Assembly: GCA_963706025.1 (NCBI GenBank)
Contig: CAVPLM010000011.1
Span: 32,001-96,000, forward strand
Direction of reading: 5' to 3'
Source of the DNA: an uncultured Actinomycetes bacterium
GTDB taxonomy: Bacteria; Actinomycetota; Thermoleophilia; RBG-16-64-13
Length of the DNA: 64,000 nucleotides
A program made the translations under genes and the position numbers. Below, in pieces: positions 1 through 10,362 of the stretch; the first letter of the stretch is position 1, and every line of letters starts with the position of its first letter. Under the pieces are notes generated by a model. That model was not told the DNA's origin. It was given only the letters and a program-made list of their open reading frames with translations, and made no database searches.

Positions 1-542
1 GTGGTGGCCACGTTCGGGCTGTGGTACCTGCTCATGTCGAAGCCAAAGTCCTCGGGGCTCACGAAGTCGATCATCACCCGGGCCACGCCGGAACCGATGC
101 TCTCGATGGCGATGTGGCCCGGTCCAGGGTTCTGCAGTTTACGTTCCATGGGAACGCTGGGATCGGAGAGCATCCGGCGATCTTCGTCCTTGATATCGCT
201 GCCCATGTGGTCGCGGGGGAACCAGATCTTGTAGCGCAGATCCTCACTGATGAACCAGGCGAACCACCACCTGATCATCTCGGCGGTGACTCCGGGCATC
301 TTGTGATTCAGGGCCACGAAGCCGGAACCGTCCGGCATGACGCAGTACCCGGTCTCGGTCGGCAGAGTACCGGGGTTCAGCATGTCGTTCAGCCGCTGGA
401 TGGGCAGGGCCAGCCCGGGGTCGACCGCCCGGGGATGGTCGATCAACTCCATCATCTCCGGCGGCCGGGGGAACTCCAGGTAGTAGTACTTGGAGTAGGG
501 CTTGGCCCTCTCTTCCGCACTCAGTTCGGCGAGTCCTGCCAC
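1..542 (-). CDS. Phloretin hydrolase / DAPG hydrolase (PhlG/Phy)-like protein, runs off window edge
   Basis: Not in ORF track; read manually from GTG after AAGGAGG: MAGLAELSAEERAKPYSKYY...ETGYCVMPDGSGFVA...MPGVTAEMIRWWFAW...DLRYKIWFPRDH...HIAIESIG, motifs of the PhlG/Phy family. Confidence 0.8.
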   Translation of the reverse strand, partial: MAGLAELSAEERAKPYSKYYYLEFPRPPEMMELIDHPRAVDPGLALPIQRLNDMLNPGTLPTETGYCVMPDGSGFVALNHKMPGVTAEMIRWWFAWFISEDLRYKIWFPRDHMGSDIKDEDRRMLSDPSVPMERKLQNPGPGHIAIESIGSGVARVMIDFVSPEDFGFDMSRYHSPNVAT

Positions 543-594
543 GGGGTCACCTCCTTGGGAACGCGGCCTGCCACGCTGGTCCGCGTGACCTTCG

Positions 595-1401
595 CTAGTT
601 GTGATTCAGCCCGCCGTCCACCAGAAGCGTCTGACCGGTCATGAAGTCACTGTCGGCGGAAGCCAGGAAGAACGCGGGTCCGGCCAGGTCGTCCGCCTGC
701 TCGTTGCGCTCGGGCAGGCACTGACCCAGACGCGTCCTCTCCCAATGGTCCGTCACGCCTGCAGCCTGCTCTCTGTTCGCCTCCGTGAGGGTGAAACCGG
801 GAGCGAGCGCGTTGACCCTGATCCCCTCCGGACCGAGTTCCCGCGCCAGAGCCCGAGTGAAGCCGATGATCCCTCCCTTGCTGGAGACGTAGTGGATGAA
901 TCCGGCCACGCCTTCCCAGAAGGTGGAGGAGGTGAGGTTGATGATCTTGCCGTAATGCTGAGGCTTCATGTACGGATAGACGGCGCGGGCGCAGAACCAC
1001 ATTCCCCGCAGGTTCACGTCCAGGATGTAGTCCCAATCCTCCACTTTCCATTCGTAGAAGCGTTGCCAGGGCTGCTTGGACATGACCCCGCGAAAAGCGG
1101 CGGCGTTGTTGACGAGGATGTCGATCCTGCCCCCGTAGGTGTCGGCCAGCAGCTTGGCCGCCGCCTCGCACTGGTCGAGGTGGGTGATGTCACAGGTGAT
1201 GGGGATGGCGTCCCCTCCGGCCGCCTTGATCTCGTCGGCCACCCACACGGCGCTCTCGCCGTCTATGTCGAGCACGCCGACCTTGGCCCCCTCCTTGCCG
1301 TACCGGAGAGCGATGGAGCGACCGATGCTGTTGGTGCCGCCCCCACCCGTGATCAGTGCCACTTTGCCCTGCAGACGTTGTCCTTCGACTTCCGTGCTCA
1401 T
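595..1401 (-). CDS. SDR family NAD(P)-dependent oxidoreductase
   Basis: TGGGGTNSIG, NNAA, YVSSK catalytic motif, C-terminal MTGQTLLVDGG. Confidence 0.95.
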   Translation of the reverse strand: MSTEVEGQRLQGKVALITGGGGTNSIGRSIALRYGKEGAKVGVLDIDGESAVWVADEIKAAGGDAIPITCDITHLDQCEAAAKLLADTYGGRIDILVNNAAAFRGVMSKQPWQRFYEWKVEDWDYILDVNLRGMWFCARAVYPYMKPQHYGKIINLTSSTFWEGVAGFIHYVSSKGGIIGFTRALARELGPEGIRVNALAPGFTLTEANREQAAGVTDHWERTRLGQCLPERNEQADDLAGPAFFLASADSDFMTGQTLLVDGGLNHN

Positions 1402-1478
1402 CGTGCTCTCCTTCTTCTCAGGCCTTGCTTTGCTGAATCTCCGCGTGGTCGGCCGTGAATCAGTCCGCGGTGGATCGC

Positions 1479-3443
1479 CTAGATGTCCAGGGCGGCTTCG
1501 AAGCCCTCGTGTATGGCGTTGAAGAGGATCCGGGGCGCCCTGCAGTCGCCTACCACGTGTACTTCCGGAGCCGAATCCTTCAGCGCCTCGACTACGTCGC
1601 TTCGGGACCGCAGGTTGGGCGCGACTACCACGGCATCGGCGGGCAGTTCCTGCTCCTGGCCGCCGGCGTTGCGGACGGCGACCTTCCCTTCCAGCACCCG
1701 CTCCAAGACCACGCCTTTCCGCACCCTGATGCCGTGTTGCTCAAGCATGTCTTCGAGGGCCATCGCATCCACGAAGTTGACCGTCTGGTCTTGCGCCGAG
1801 CCCCCCGGGATCTCGATGATGGCCACCTGCTTGCCCTGACGGGCGAGATGGAGCGCCGCTTCCTGCCCCATGCCTCCATCGCCTACGACCACCACGCGGT
1901 CGCCGGGCACCTCCCGGCCACACATCACGTCGCCGGCCCAGAGGACGTTCGGGCCCCTGATACCCGGCACGTCCGGCCAGGCCGGCTCCGCGCCTACGGC
2001 CACGACCACCTCATCGGGCGCCTCCGCCCCCACCAGCTCGGCCGTCGCCTCGGTACCCAGTCTGACCTTGACGCTCGACTTCTCCATCTGTCGCAGCAGG
2101 TACTCGAGGAATCGTTTCCAATCGTCCTTGAAGGCCGGTCCAGACGAGGCCCAGAGATTGCCACCCAGCCGGTCTTCCTTCTCGAACAGTGTCACCTCGT
2201 GACCCCGGGAGGAGGCGATGAGTGCCGCCTCTATCCCGGCCGGGCCACCTCCGACCACCACTACCTTCTTCTTGGCGGCTATCGGAGGCAGGCAGCGGTA
2301 GTAGTCCTCCCGCACAGCCCAGGGATTGACGGCGCAACGCACGGGCAGGCTGTGCGCCCCGCGGACCAGACACGTGTTGCAGCGGATGCAGGGCACGGCT
2401 TCCTCTTTGCGACCGCGGAAGGTCTTCTTGGGCAGAGCCGGATCGGCGATGAGCGCCCGGCAGAGGGCCACGAAGTCCACCTTGCCGGCGGCCACCCAGT
2501 CGCCGGCCTCGTCCAGATCGACTATGGCCCCCACCACTCCGACCGGTACGGTCACGGCCTTCTTGATCTCTGCCGCCCTATCGACGTTCTCGCCGTGGGG
2601 CAGATAGACCGAAGGGTGCGTGTAAGGGTAGGTGCGGGGTTCGGCGATCATTCCGGCCGAGACGTGGAGACAGTCCACCTTGTCCTGCATGAGGAGCGCG
2701 TACTCAACCGCGTCGGCTATCTCCAGCCCCCCGGGGACCAGGTCGCTGGCGCTCATTCTCCATTCGATGGGAAAATCGGGACCGCATCTCTCTCTGATCG
2801 CGTCGATGACTCGGATGCCGAAGCGGACCCGATTCTCCAGGCTGCCCCCGTACTCGTCGGTACGCTTGTTGACGGCCGGGGAAACGAACTGCGAGATCAG
2901 CCAACCATGACCGGCGTGGATCATGACCATGTCGAAGCCGGCCTTCTGGGCGCGGAAAGCGGCCTCCGCATAATGGTCGATGACCTCGTCGATCATCGCC
3001 AAGCTCATCTCTTCGACCACCTGCTCGCCCCGGCGCCTGTCCTCGGTGAACACGCCCACCATGGCCGACGGTCCGATAGGGTTCCTACCCCCGTTGAGCT
3101 GGCTCACCGCCTGACGGCCGCCGTGATTGAGCTGGATGGAGGCCAAGGCCTCCTGACTCTTGATCGCTTCTACCACCGAGGTGAGGGCGGGGATGTAGAA
3201 GTCGCTGCCCAGGTTGAGCTGCGTGGGTTGGGTGATGGCCCTATCGGAATCGATGGCAGTCTCCAGCACGGTGATGATGCCGGCGCCGCCCTTGGCCTGG
3301 GCCCGGTAGAACTCCACCAGCTCCCGGGACACCGACTGGTCGGCATGAGCGATGCACGTGAGTGTCGGAGCGGCTTCGATGCGGTTCTTAGCCGTCAGCG
3401 AGCCGATCCTGATCGGTTCGGTCAAGGCTTCCCAGGATGCCAT
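1479..3443 (-). CDS. NADH:flavin oxidoreductase (OYE barrel + 4Fe-4S + FAD/NADH domains; FadH/BaiCD/Fcr-like ene-reductase)
   Basis: KNRIEAAP, HAGHGWLISQF, NKRTDEYGGSLENR, CIRCNTC..C, GGGPAG. Confidence 0.93.
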   Translation of the reverse strand: MASWEALTEPIRIGSLTAKNRIEAAPTLTCIAHADQSVSRELVEFYRAQAKGGAGIITVLETAIDSDRAITQPTQLNLGSDFYIPALTSVVEAIKSQEALASIQLNHGGRQAVSQLNGGRNPIGPSAMVGVFTEDRRRGEQVVEEMSLAMIDEVIDHYAEAAFRAQKAGFDMVMIHAGHGWLISQFVSPAVNKRTDEYGGSLENRVRFGIRVIDAIRERCGPDFPIEWRMSASDLVPGGLEIADAVEYALLMQDKVDCLHVSAGMIAEPRTYPYTHPSVYLPHGENVDRAAEIKKAVTVPVGVVGAIVDLDEAGDWVAAGKVDFVALCRALIADPALPKKTFRGRKEEAVPCIRCNTCLVRGAHSLPVRCAVNPWAVREDYYRCLPPIAAKKKVVVVGGGPAGIEAALIASSRGHEVTLFEKEDRLGGNLWASSGPAFKDDWKRFLEYLLRQMEKSSVKVRLGTEATAELVGAEAPDEVVVAVGAEPAWPDVPGIRGPNVLWAGDVMCGREVPGDRVVVVGDGGMGQEAALHLARQGKQVAIIEIPGGSAQDQTVNFVDAMALEDMLEQHGIRVRKGVVLERVLEGKVAVRNAGGQEQELPADAVVVAPNLRSRSDVVEALKDSAPEVHVVGDCRAPRILFNAIHEGFEAALDI

Positions 3444-3464
3444 CTCGATCCCCCTTCTCGCGCC

Positions 3465-4133
3465 TTAGTGTCGCCAGCGACAGGTGTCGCTCAGGTCGCA
3501 GAACTCGCAGGGCGTCCGCACCTCGGTCGACGTGTAGTCCGGGCCGATCCCCACCATGAGCGAAGCCGACTTCTGCGGTACCAGCATACCGGTGCTCGTT
3601 ACCGTCACCCCGATCGCGTCGGTGTCGAGCAGGCTGCAGAGCAGCTTCTGTTCCTCGATGCTCCATCCGTTGAGTTGACCGGGAGCAAGTTCCGCCCCCA
3701 CGCCCCAGCTTCTCCGAGCGGCCTCTTCTTCGGCCATCCGGTGCGCCCGTTGCATGAGCGATCCCACCGCGAAGACCCCCGCCTCCCCCAGCACGTAGCT
3801 CTCGAGCGCCCTGCCTGCAGCTCCCAACTCGCGAGCCTGCTCCTCCAGCCGGAGACCGATGGTGACCACGCTGACGAGAGCTTCTTGGGCCGGCGCCAAC
3901 AAGTTGGCATGCCTTCCCAGGGTGAAGAGCATCCCGCCCACCCGCACCCGCCCATCGTCGACCGTATCCACGGTGAGCCACTCGTAGGCGATCGCGGGCA
4001 CGATCAACCCGCGCGCCTCCTCGAGGGCCCAGCGGGCCACCTCCCTGACTTCTGGGCGACGGAACGCCTCCCCTTGGGCTTCAAGGAATCGGTCGAACTC
4101 GAGATCGCACTCTGAGTCGCTGAGAACGGTCAT
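3465..4133 (-). CDS. Stand-alone B12-dependent methionine synthase activation-domain-like protein
   Basis: VTIGLRLEE, APGQLNGWSIEEQ, IGVTVTSTGMLVPQKSAS, C-terminal CEFCDLSDTC. Confidence 0.8.
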   Translation of the reverse strand: MTVLSDSECDLEFDRFLEAQGEAFRRPEVREVARWALEEARGLIVPAIAYEWLTVDTVDDGRVRVGGMLFTLGRHANLLAPAQEALVSVVTIGLRLEEQARELGAAGRALESYVLGEAGVFAVGSLMQRAHRMAEEEAARRSWGVGAELAPGQLNGWSIEEQKLLCSLLDTDAIGVTVTSTGMLVPQKSASLMVGIGPDYTSTEVRTPCEFCDLSDTCRWRH

Positions 4134-4178
4134 TCTCGCAGCTCAGATCTTCGGCTCGCCGTCACTATCCACCGCCCA

Positions 4179-5327
4179 CTATCCGACGACCACTCCGAGG
4201 TTGGCGGTCACTCGTCGGGCTCCCGGTCGTCGACAACGCACACGGACCCCTTCGCCCTTCGTGCCTGTAACAAAGCATCTGTTGTCCGAGCGGCAGGAGG
4301 AGGGCCTGCGGTCTCCCGATCTCCAGCGGTTCACCAGGTCCGGTTCCCGTATGAGCGGCCGGCACAGGGAGATGTAGTCGGCCACCCCACCGGCGACCAG
4401 CCTCTCGGCCGTCTCGAAAGTGCGGATCCCCCCCACCAGCATCAGGGGCACAGGGATCGTCTGCTTGTATCGGACGGCGGCCGCCTCGTAGTAGGCTTCC
4501 GGCTCTTCACGCGCAGCGTCGCCCGGGCGCATGGCCGTTCTGTCGCCCGAGAGGAAGGTACCCCCACTCAATTCGATCGCGTCGATGCCGGCTTCGGCAA
4601 GCATGGCGGCGGTCTCGAGCATGTGGTCGACGATGAGACCTCCGGGGAGGAAATCCTCCGAGTTCATCTTGATCAGGACCGGAAACCCGGGGCCCACCGC
4701 TTCCCGCACCGCCTCGACGACCTCGATCGGCAGCCGCGCCCGGTTCCGGACGCTGCCGCCGTAGGCATCGGTCCTCTTGTTGAAGAAGGGAGAGAGGAAT
4801 TGGCTCAGCAGATACCCATGCGCCGCGTGGATCTGCACCGCGTCGAAGCCGGTGTCGCGCGCCCGGGCGGCAGCCTGAGCGAACGCCTTGGTGACGGCTG
4901 CCAGATCGCTCGCGTCCATCTCTCGCCCGACCTGACCCTCCTCTGTCTCGAGCACCGACGGACCCAGGGCCGGCGGCCCTCCAGGAGGGCTCAAGCCTCG
5001 AAGTCCTGCGTGCGCGATCTGCAGGGCGATGACGCCGCCGGCCGCGTGCACCGCGGCCGCCAGGTCCGCGAGCCCGGGGTTCATCTCCTCCGAGTCCGCG
5101 GCAAGCTGCCATGGTCCCGCCCGGCCTTCGGCGCTCACGTACGCGTGACCGCTGATGATCAGACCCACGCCACCCCGGGCAAGAGCGCACGACATCTCGT
5201 TCAGCGCCGGGGTGGAGGAACCATCCGGAGCGGCCAGTCCTTCCCAGGTCGCCGAGCGCACGAATCGATTGGGAACGACCATCCCTCTGATGGTCGTCGC
5301 CTCGAAGAGGCCGGGTGACTCCTTCAC
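4179..5327 (-). CDS. NADH:flavin oxidoreductase, single-domain old yellow enzyme family
   Basis: NRFVRSATWEGLA, HAAHGYLLSQF, NKRTDAYGGS; GTG start overlaps upstream stop (GTGA). Confidence 0.92.
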   Translation of the reverse strand: MKESPGLFEATTIRGMVVPNRFVRSATWEGLAAPDGSSTPALNEMSCALARGGVGLIISGHAYVSAEGRAGPWQLAADSEEMNPGLADLAAAVHAAGGVIALQIAHAGLRGLSPPGGPPALGPSVLETEEGQVGREMDASDLAAVTKAFAQAAARARDTGFDAVQIHAAHGYLLSQFLSPFFNKRTDAYGGSVRNRARLPIEVVEAVREAVGPGFPVLIKMNSEDFLPGGLIVDHMLETAAMLAEAGIDAIELSGGTFLSGDRTAMRPGDAAREEPEAYYEAAAVRYKQTIPVPLMLVGGIRTFETAERLVAGGVADYISLCRPLIREPDLVNRWRSGDRRPSSCRSDNRCFVTGTKGEGVRVRCRRPGARRVTANLGVVVG

Positions 5328-6010
5328 CTCACGAACACCGTGAACTCGTCGACCGGTACGCGCGTCCGCGGGAAGCGGTTGATCGGCGCTCCCCACTCGG
5401 GGTATCCGAGGGCGATCGCTATGACGAAGCTCTTGTCCTCGGTGCCCGGGATCACCTTCCTCAGCAGGTCGGGGTAGCGGACCAACGAGGCCGCGATGCA
5501 GGTCCCCAGACCGCGGGCGTGAGCTGCGAGGGCTATGGATTGGGCGAACAGTCCGGCGTCGAAGCAGCCATACGGAACCCCGATGCCCTTGGGCATGGCC
5601 AAGACCAGGAGTAGGGGCGCCCCGTAGACCTCAGCCGCCACGACCATGGGGGGAAGTGGCGGAACCTGCAGCGGTACACCCATCCTTCCCTCCTCGGCGG
5701 CGATGAAGGATGCCCTGGTCTGGAACAGATCGTCCTGCCTTGCCTGCAGAAGAGGGGGCAGCTCCGGGCTGCCGCCCAGGTCGGGCGCCGGCGGGGCCTC
5801 GGACAGGGCGTATTCGCGGAGGTCGGCTCTGAACTGCCGGAACGGCTCGCCCGAGAGCACGTAGACATAGGTGGATTGGGTATTCGTTGCCGAAGGCGCC
5901 CACCTGGCCTCGGTCAGTATCTCCCGCACGAGGTCATCGGACACCGGCTGAGGCAGATACCTCCGGATGGCCCGCCTCTCCGTGAGGGCTGTGTTGGTCG
6001 TCGCGCTCAT
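5324..6010 (-). CDS. Nitroreductase family protein
   Basis: RRAIRRY, ARWAPSATNTQ, LAAHARGLGTC, IALGYP. Confidence 0.92.
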   Translation of the reverse strand: MSATTNTALTERRAIRRYLPQPVSDDLVREILTEARWAPSATNTQSTYVYVLSGEPFRQFRADLREYALSEAPPAPDLGGSPELPPLLQARQDDLFQTRASFIAAEEGRMGVPLQVPPLPPMVVAAEVYGAPLLLVLAMPKGIGVPYGCFDAGLFAQSIALAAHARGLGTCIAASLVRYPDLLRKVIPGTEDKSFVIAIALGYPEWGAPINRFPRTRVPVDEFTVFVR

Positions 6011-6343
6011 TCTGTCTTACCTCCCCTTCGAACTCCTACTCGGGTCTGAACCCAGAGTCACATGTTACAGGAACTGCCTGGCAAGACCGGCAAGATGGAC
6101 TTCCAGTGGGGGCGCCCGACCGGCGCGGAGGACCGCGTCCAGCCGGCCGGGAAGGCGGTCTCCGGGATCTGGTCTGAAGCGGCGCTCTGGTTCCGGCGGG
6201 GGCTCTTACGCCCGCCGGTGCGCGGCAAGGGCCGGCCGGCGATCGGCTGGGCGACTTCGTCCGAGGACCGGCTGGTATACTCTCGACAACCATCACCGGC
6301 ATTTCCCGGCTGCGCCCGTACGCCCGGGAAGGAGGCGCGAACC

Positions 6344-7601
6344 ATGGCCTTTTCTGATGACGTCTTCCCTCCGGACGACCAATGCGAGATCTGCGGAGCC
6401 CGGTTGGACGACGAGATCGTGATCCAGGAGTTCGCCGACGGCAGCCTGGCCCGCTTGTGCAACGAATGCGCGGCTGGTGCCGCTCTCGGGACGGAAGAGC
6501 ATCAGGGACATGATCCGCTGCAGCCGGGCTTTGAGAGCCGATCTCTCGCCGATTCGGACCCTCTGGAAAGGACGAGAGAGCTTCTTACACCGGTGGTCGA
6601 CCTCATCGGGCTGCAGAGAGAGATGCAGGCCGCGCTGGAGCGGCTGGCTGCGTCGCTCGAGACCTTCGCTGCCGGCGTCCTCACCGAGAACCTGGACAAG
6701 ACGGCCACTGTGGAGGACCGGGTTCAGAGCCTGGAACGGGAACTGGAACTGACCCGCCTCCGCCTCCAGGAGGCGGAGGCGCTGCTGGGCGCGGCCGCCA
6801 TCATCCCGGCGAGCGCCGAAGCGGGTGCGGTGACGACCGGCCCCGGCCCCGCCGCGGGCGCGGCGCTGCCGGCCGCGGCGACCGCCGGGACCGTCGGAGC
6901 CGCCCAGGCCGGCGAAGCCGCCGCCGGAGCCCGTCGCACCTGGGATCCTGCCAGCCGCCGGTGCCGGAACCGGAGGTGGTCCCGCCGCCACTCCTCGCGG
7001 AGGGTGCGGAGTCGACGTGGCCCGCCACCCGTCCCAGCCCGCCACCTCGTCCCAGCCCGCCACCGGCGCCGCCGCGGCTGCGGCGGCGGCCATCGTCGAC
7101 GCCACCCAAGCCCCTGCAGCAGCCCAAGAAGAGGCGCCGCGGCACGGCTTCCGGATCGAAGAGGTGCAGGCGGCCCAACGCTACTTCAACGAGAGCCCCT
7201 TCACCGGCAAGACCCGGGACGTGAGCCGCAGCCTAGGAAAGCCGCGCGCCAACCTCACCCGCGCCGCGGGCACCGAGCCCCGGGCCTTCATCACTATCGC
7301 CTGGGACATCGTCTGGTATCAGTATCTTGTGGATATGCGCCTCGATATCCCCAGCGACCAGCGTGTCGTCCTGTATCGGGAGGGCATGGACCTGGACGAA
7401 TTGGCCCACTACTTCAAGGAAAAGAACGCCACCGCCGACGACAACGGGCGGCTCGACGCCTCCGAGTTGGAGGTCAAGCTGCTCAGCGACCCCTCCGCTC
7501 TCATCACCGAGATGACGGTCGACGAGGAGAGGGCCCTGGAGGACGCCACCGAGGAGATCTGGGACCAACACATAAGCCCCGAGTTCAAGTGGGATGACTG
7601 A
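6344..7601 (+). CDS. Hypothetical protein (N-terminal CxxC...CxxC, coiled coil, Ala/Pro linker, globular C-terminal domain); frame broken in linker
   Basis: AGGAGG before ATG 6344; CEICG...LCNEC; C-terminal part in ORF 7017..7601. Confidence 0.7.
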
Positions 7602-8040
7602 GAGGAGCACCGACATGCTGAGCGTGCAGGCATCGATAGGCCCGGCATACGTGCTCAAGCCCCCCTTCGGGAGCGACCTTCTCAGAGAACTCGAGGACTT
7701 CGTCCGGGCCAAAGGGATCAATCTGGCCTGGCTGTCGGGGGTCGGCGCCGTCTCCCGGGCCACCATCCGCTACTACGACCAGCCGAAGCAGGAATGGATC
7801 GACCTGGAATTCGACCAACGCATGGAAGTGGCCGGCATGCTGGGCAACGTGTCGCTGATGAACGGCGAGCCCATCGTGCACGTGCACATCACGGTGGCCG
7901 ACGAGCAGGGCCGCTGTTTCGGCGGCCACCTGGGGCACAACACCCAGGTCTTCAATCTGGAGATCCTGCTGACGACCTTGTCCGGTCCCCCGGTCACCCG
8001 CAAGATGGACCCACAGACGGGACTGACTATCTGGCATTAG
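7594..8040 (+). CDS. PPC/DUF296 domain protein
   Basis: GVGAV, GNVS, HVHITVAD, GGHL motifs. Confidence 0.92.
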   Translation: MTERSTDMLSVQASIGPAYVLKPPFGSDLLRELEDFVRAKGINLAWLSGVGAVSRATIRYYDQPKQEWIDLEFDQRMEVAGMLGNVSLMNGEPIVHVHITVADEQGRCFGGHLGHNTQVFNLEILLTTLSGPPVTRKMDPQTGLTIWH

Positions 8041-8078
8041 GCGGGCGGGGCTGCCCAGGCCGCGGAAAAGCCTGGGAT

Positions 8079-9599
8079 CTAGCGAACCGGGATCGAAACC
8101 ATGCCCTGGGCCACCATCAGCAGTTCTTCCCGCTCTAAGCTGTAGAAGAGCGTGTTTGAGACCCAGCTGAGAACCCCGTCCTTAGTCCACCAGACGCGAT
8201 CCACCTTGCCGTCGATGCCCACGACAGTGAAGGTGACTCCGCCGTGTTCCACGCCTTCTCCCGGGCTCGCTGCAGGAGCATCAAGCCAGGCGGTTTCCAT
8301 GATCCCCATGTACTGGTCGGTTCTTCCGTCTCGATAGACCGCCTTCATCGCGGGCCGCGCCCCACTGGCGGTGGAGATCTCGTAGACACGTCTCTCCACG
8401 CACGTGTACCCCGCGGGTACGTAGGTGGGCCCCTGCAGCGCAAGACCGGCCTCAGGAGCGAGGGCTCGCCATTTGACGCCGTCGACAATGCTGTCTGCGG
8501 AAGGGAGATCTCCCCCGGAGGACTCGATAGACGTGGTCATCGTATTGCGGATTTCGCCACCGCTGCCGACCGCGGCGCTCAGGGACAAATCCTCGACCGT
8601 GGTTGGAGGAGACAAGAAGTCCCCCACCGCCTCCTGGACTGCCGTGTCGGAGGAGACAACGTAGGAGACTCCGTCTATCGTTTGGATATCACCGGGGATG
8701 GCGACCTGCTTGATCTGCGTCCCCCGCAGGTTCACGAGCCAGTAGGCCAACTTGATCACTTCGGTGGCGCTCACCTCGGTGCTCACGTTCTGGAACAGGC
8801 TCTTCACCAGACTCGGCAGCTTGAAGGCAAGATCCCACCCCATGGCCTGCTCCCGGACGGCCCTCAAGAAGCGCTGCTGCCGTTCGAGGCGGCCGAAATC
8901 CGTATTCTGATCGTGCCGAAAGCGCACGTAATCGAGCGCCGCGGCCCCGTTCAGAAGCTGATAGCCGGGCGCGAGCTTGATGTTCTCGTAGTCAAGCCCG
9001 TCGTAGTAGTAGCGGCGGTCGACATCGACATACACGCCGCCGATGGAAGTGGTCACGTTTTCAAAGGCACCGAAATCGATCTCCAGGTAGTGATCCACGT
9101 CAACACCGGTCAGGTTCTGCACCGTCTCGATCGCTAGGGCAGCGCCGCCGAAGGCGTAGGCTGCGTTTATCTTCTGGAAGCCATGTCCGGGCACCTCCAC
9201 CCGCAAATCCCTCGGTAGCGACAAGACCGATATGAAAGCGTTCGTCGGGTCCACGTGAACAAGCATCAGGCTATCTGACCGACCGAATGCTTCGTTGCCG
9301 GTGCTGCGCTTGTCTGAACCCAGAACGAGAAGATTCATCCCCTGAAGCGTTTCCGGCAAAGAGAGCGTGCTCGCCGGCGGCTTGTTGTCCAACACATTCT
9401 TGGCCGCTGCGACGGCAGCTCCACCGGAGGCTTCACTCACCACTCCGTGAAGCCATAGATAGGAGCCCCCCGTGAATGCAGCAGTCAGCACTGCCAGCAA
9501 GGCAAACCCCCACAGCAGCAGGCGTTTCCACTTAACACGGCGCCGCCGTCTTGCTGTGGACCGGGTGGGTTGCCGGGTGTAGTGGTCTCTTGTCAGCAT
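8079..9599 (-). CDS. LCP (LytR-CpsA-Psr) family cell-wall glycopolymer transferase
   Basis: N-terminal TM, LVLGSD, RSDSLML, SLPRDL, KINAAY, YVRFRH..DFGRLERQQ. Confidence 0.93.
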   Translation of the reverse strand: MLTRDHYTRQPTRSTARRRRRVKWKRLLLWGFALLAVLTAAFTGGSYLWLHGVVSEASGGAAVAAAKNVLDNKPPASTLSLPETLQGMNLLVLGSDKRSTGNEAFGRSDSLMLVHVDPTNAFISVLSLPRDLRVEVPGHGFQKINAAYAFGGAALAIETVQNLTGVDVDHYLEIDFGAFENVTTSIGGVYVDVDRRYYYDGLDYENIKLAPGYQLLNGAAALDYVRFRHDQNTDFGRLERQQRFLRAVREQAMGWDLAFKLPSLVKSLFQNVSTEVSATEVIKLAYWLVNLRGTQIKQVAIPGDIQTIDGVSYVVSSDTAVQEAVGDFLSPPTTVEDLSLSAAVGSGGEIRNTMTTSIESSGGDLPSADSIVDGVKWRALAPEAGLALQGPTYVPAGYTCVERRVYEISTASGARPAMKAVYRDGRTDQYMGIMETAWLDAPAASPGEGVEHGGVTFTVVGIDGKVDRVWWTKDGVLSWVSNTLFYSLEREELLMVAQGMVSIPVR

Positions 9600-9732
9600 C
9601 GTGGCGGAGGAGAGGAGGCAAGGCCCGCCTCGCGAGAGGCGGGCCTTGCCCTGCATCCTTCAGACGTGACTCGCGCTAGTCGGAGTCAGTGTCTGGTTCT
9701 TCGGGGGTCGCGTCATCGTCGTCGGGGACACC

Positions 9733-10212
9733 TTACCCGGGAGGCTGACCGTTCTTGTGCGGTCCACCGGCCCAGGGCGGGCGACCGCTGCCTTCGCGGA
9801 CGGTCGCTATCGTCGTCGTCCCCGTCTCGTCCGCCACGGTGAAGATATCGATCTCGGCGGCACCTTTGCCATCCTTGCCCCGGTCGACCTCACCAGTGAC
9901 GGTGTCCCTGGCCGATTAGCGAGCCGAGAGCCTTGGTACCAGGCCGGGCCCCCCTCGATCTTGATCGGTCGTGGTGCCGTCGGTGAGCATGTATTCGTTG
10001 CCCTCGATCACGGTGGCGATGGTGCCTGAGACTGTAACCATGTCGCCGCTCTTCGCGTCGACAGCGTCGGCGATGGAGATCACCGCGCTCGCGCCTGACA
10101 CCGGTCGTCGTGGTAGTTGCGGCCAGAGCAGCGCCCGCCATCAGACCGACGAGGCAACCTACCGTGGCGACAACGACCGCCGCTCCGGTAGAGCCGTCCT
10201 TCTTAGTCTCAT
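9733..10212 (-). CDS. Secreted OB-fold (BOF/YgiW-like) protein, frame broken
   Basis: GAGGAGG-ATG 10212, signal peptide, VTVSGTI...YMLTDGT...VTGEVD across ORF fragments. Confidence 0.55.
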
Positions 10213-10362
10213 GCGAGTACCTCCTCTTGCTGGACAATACGTCGCTGGGCGGTCATGTCCCGCTCATGGTGACCAGTCTAGGTAGTCAACCTTGGCGTTC
10301 GATTGCGAAACAGGGCTGAATTCCGCAATGTTTTCGCAATGTTCCTGCGCGATAATCGGGGC

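Noticed and set aside
1455-4115. Long antisense ORFs (886 aa here; also 28172-30940 and 47954-50116)
   Set aside because: Shadow ORFs of real genes in high-GC DNA, with no recognisable motifs.
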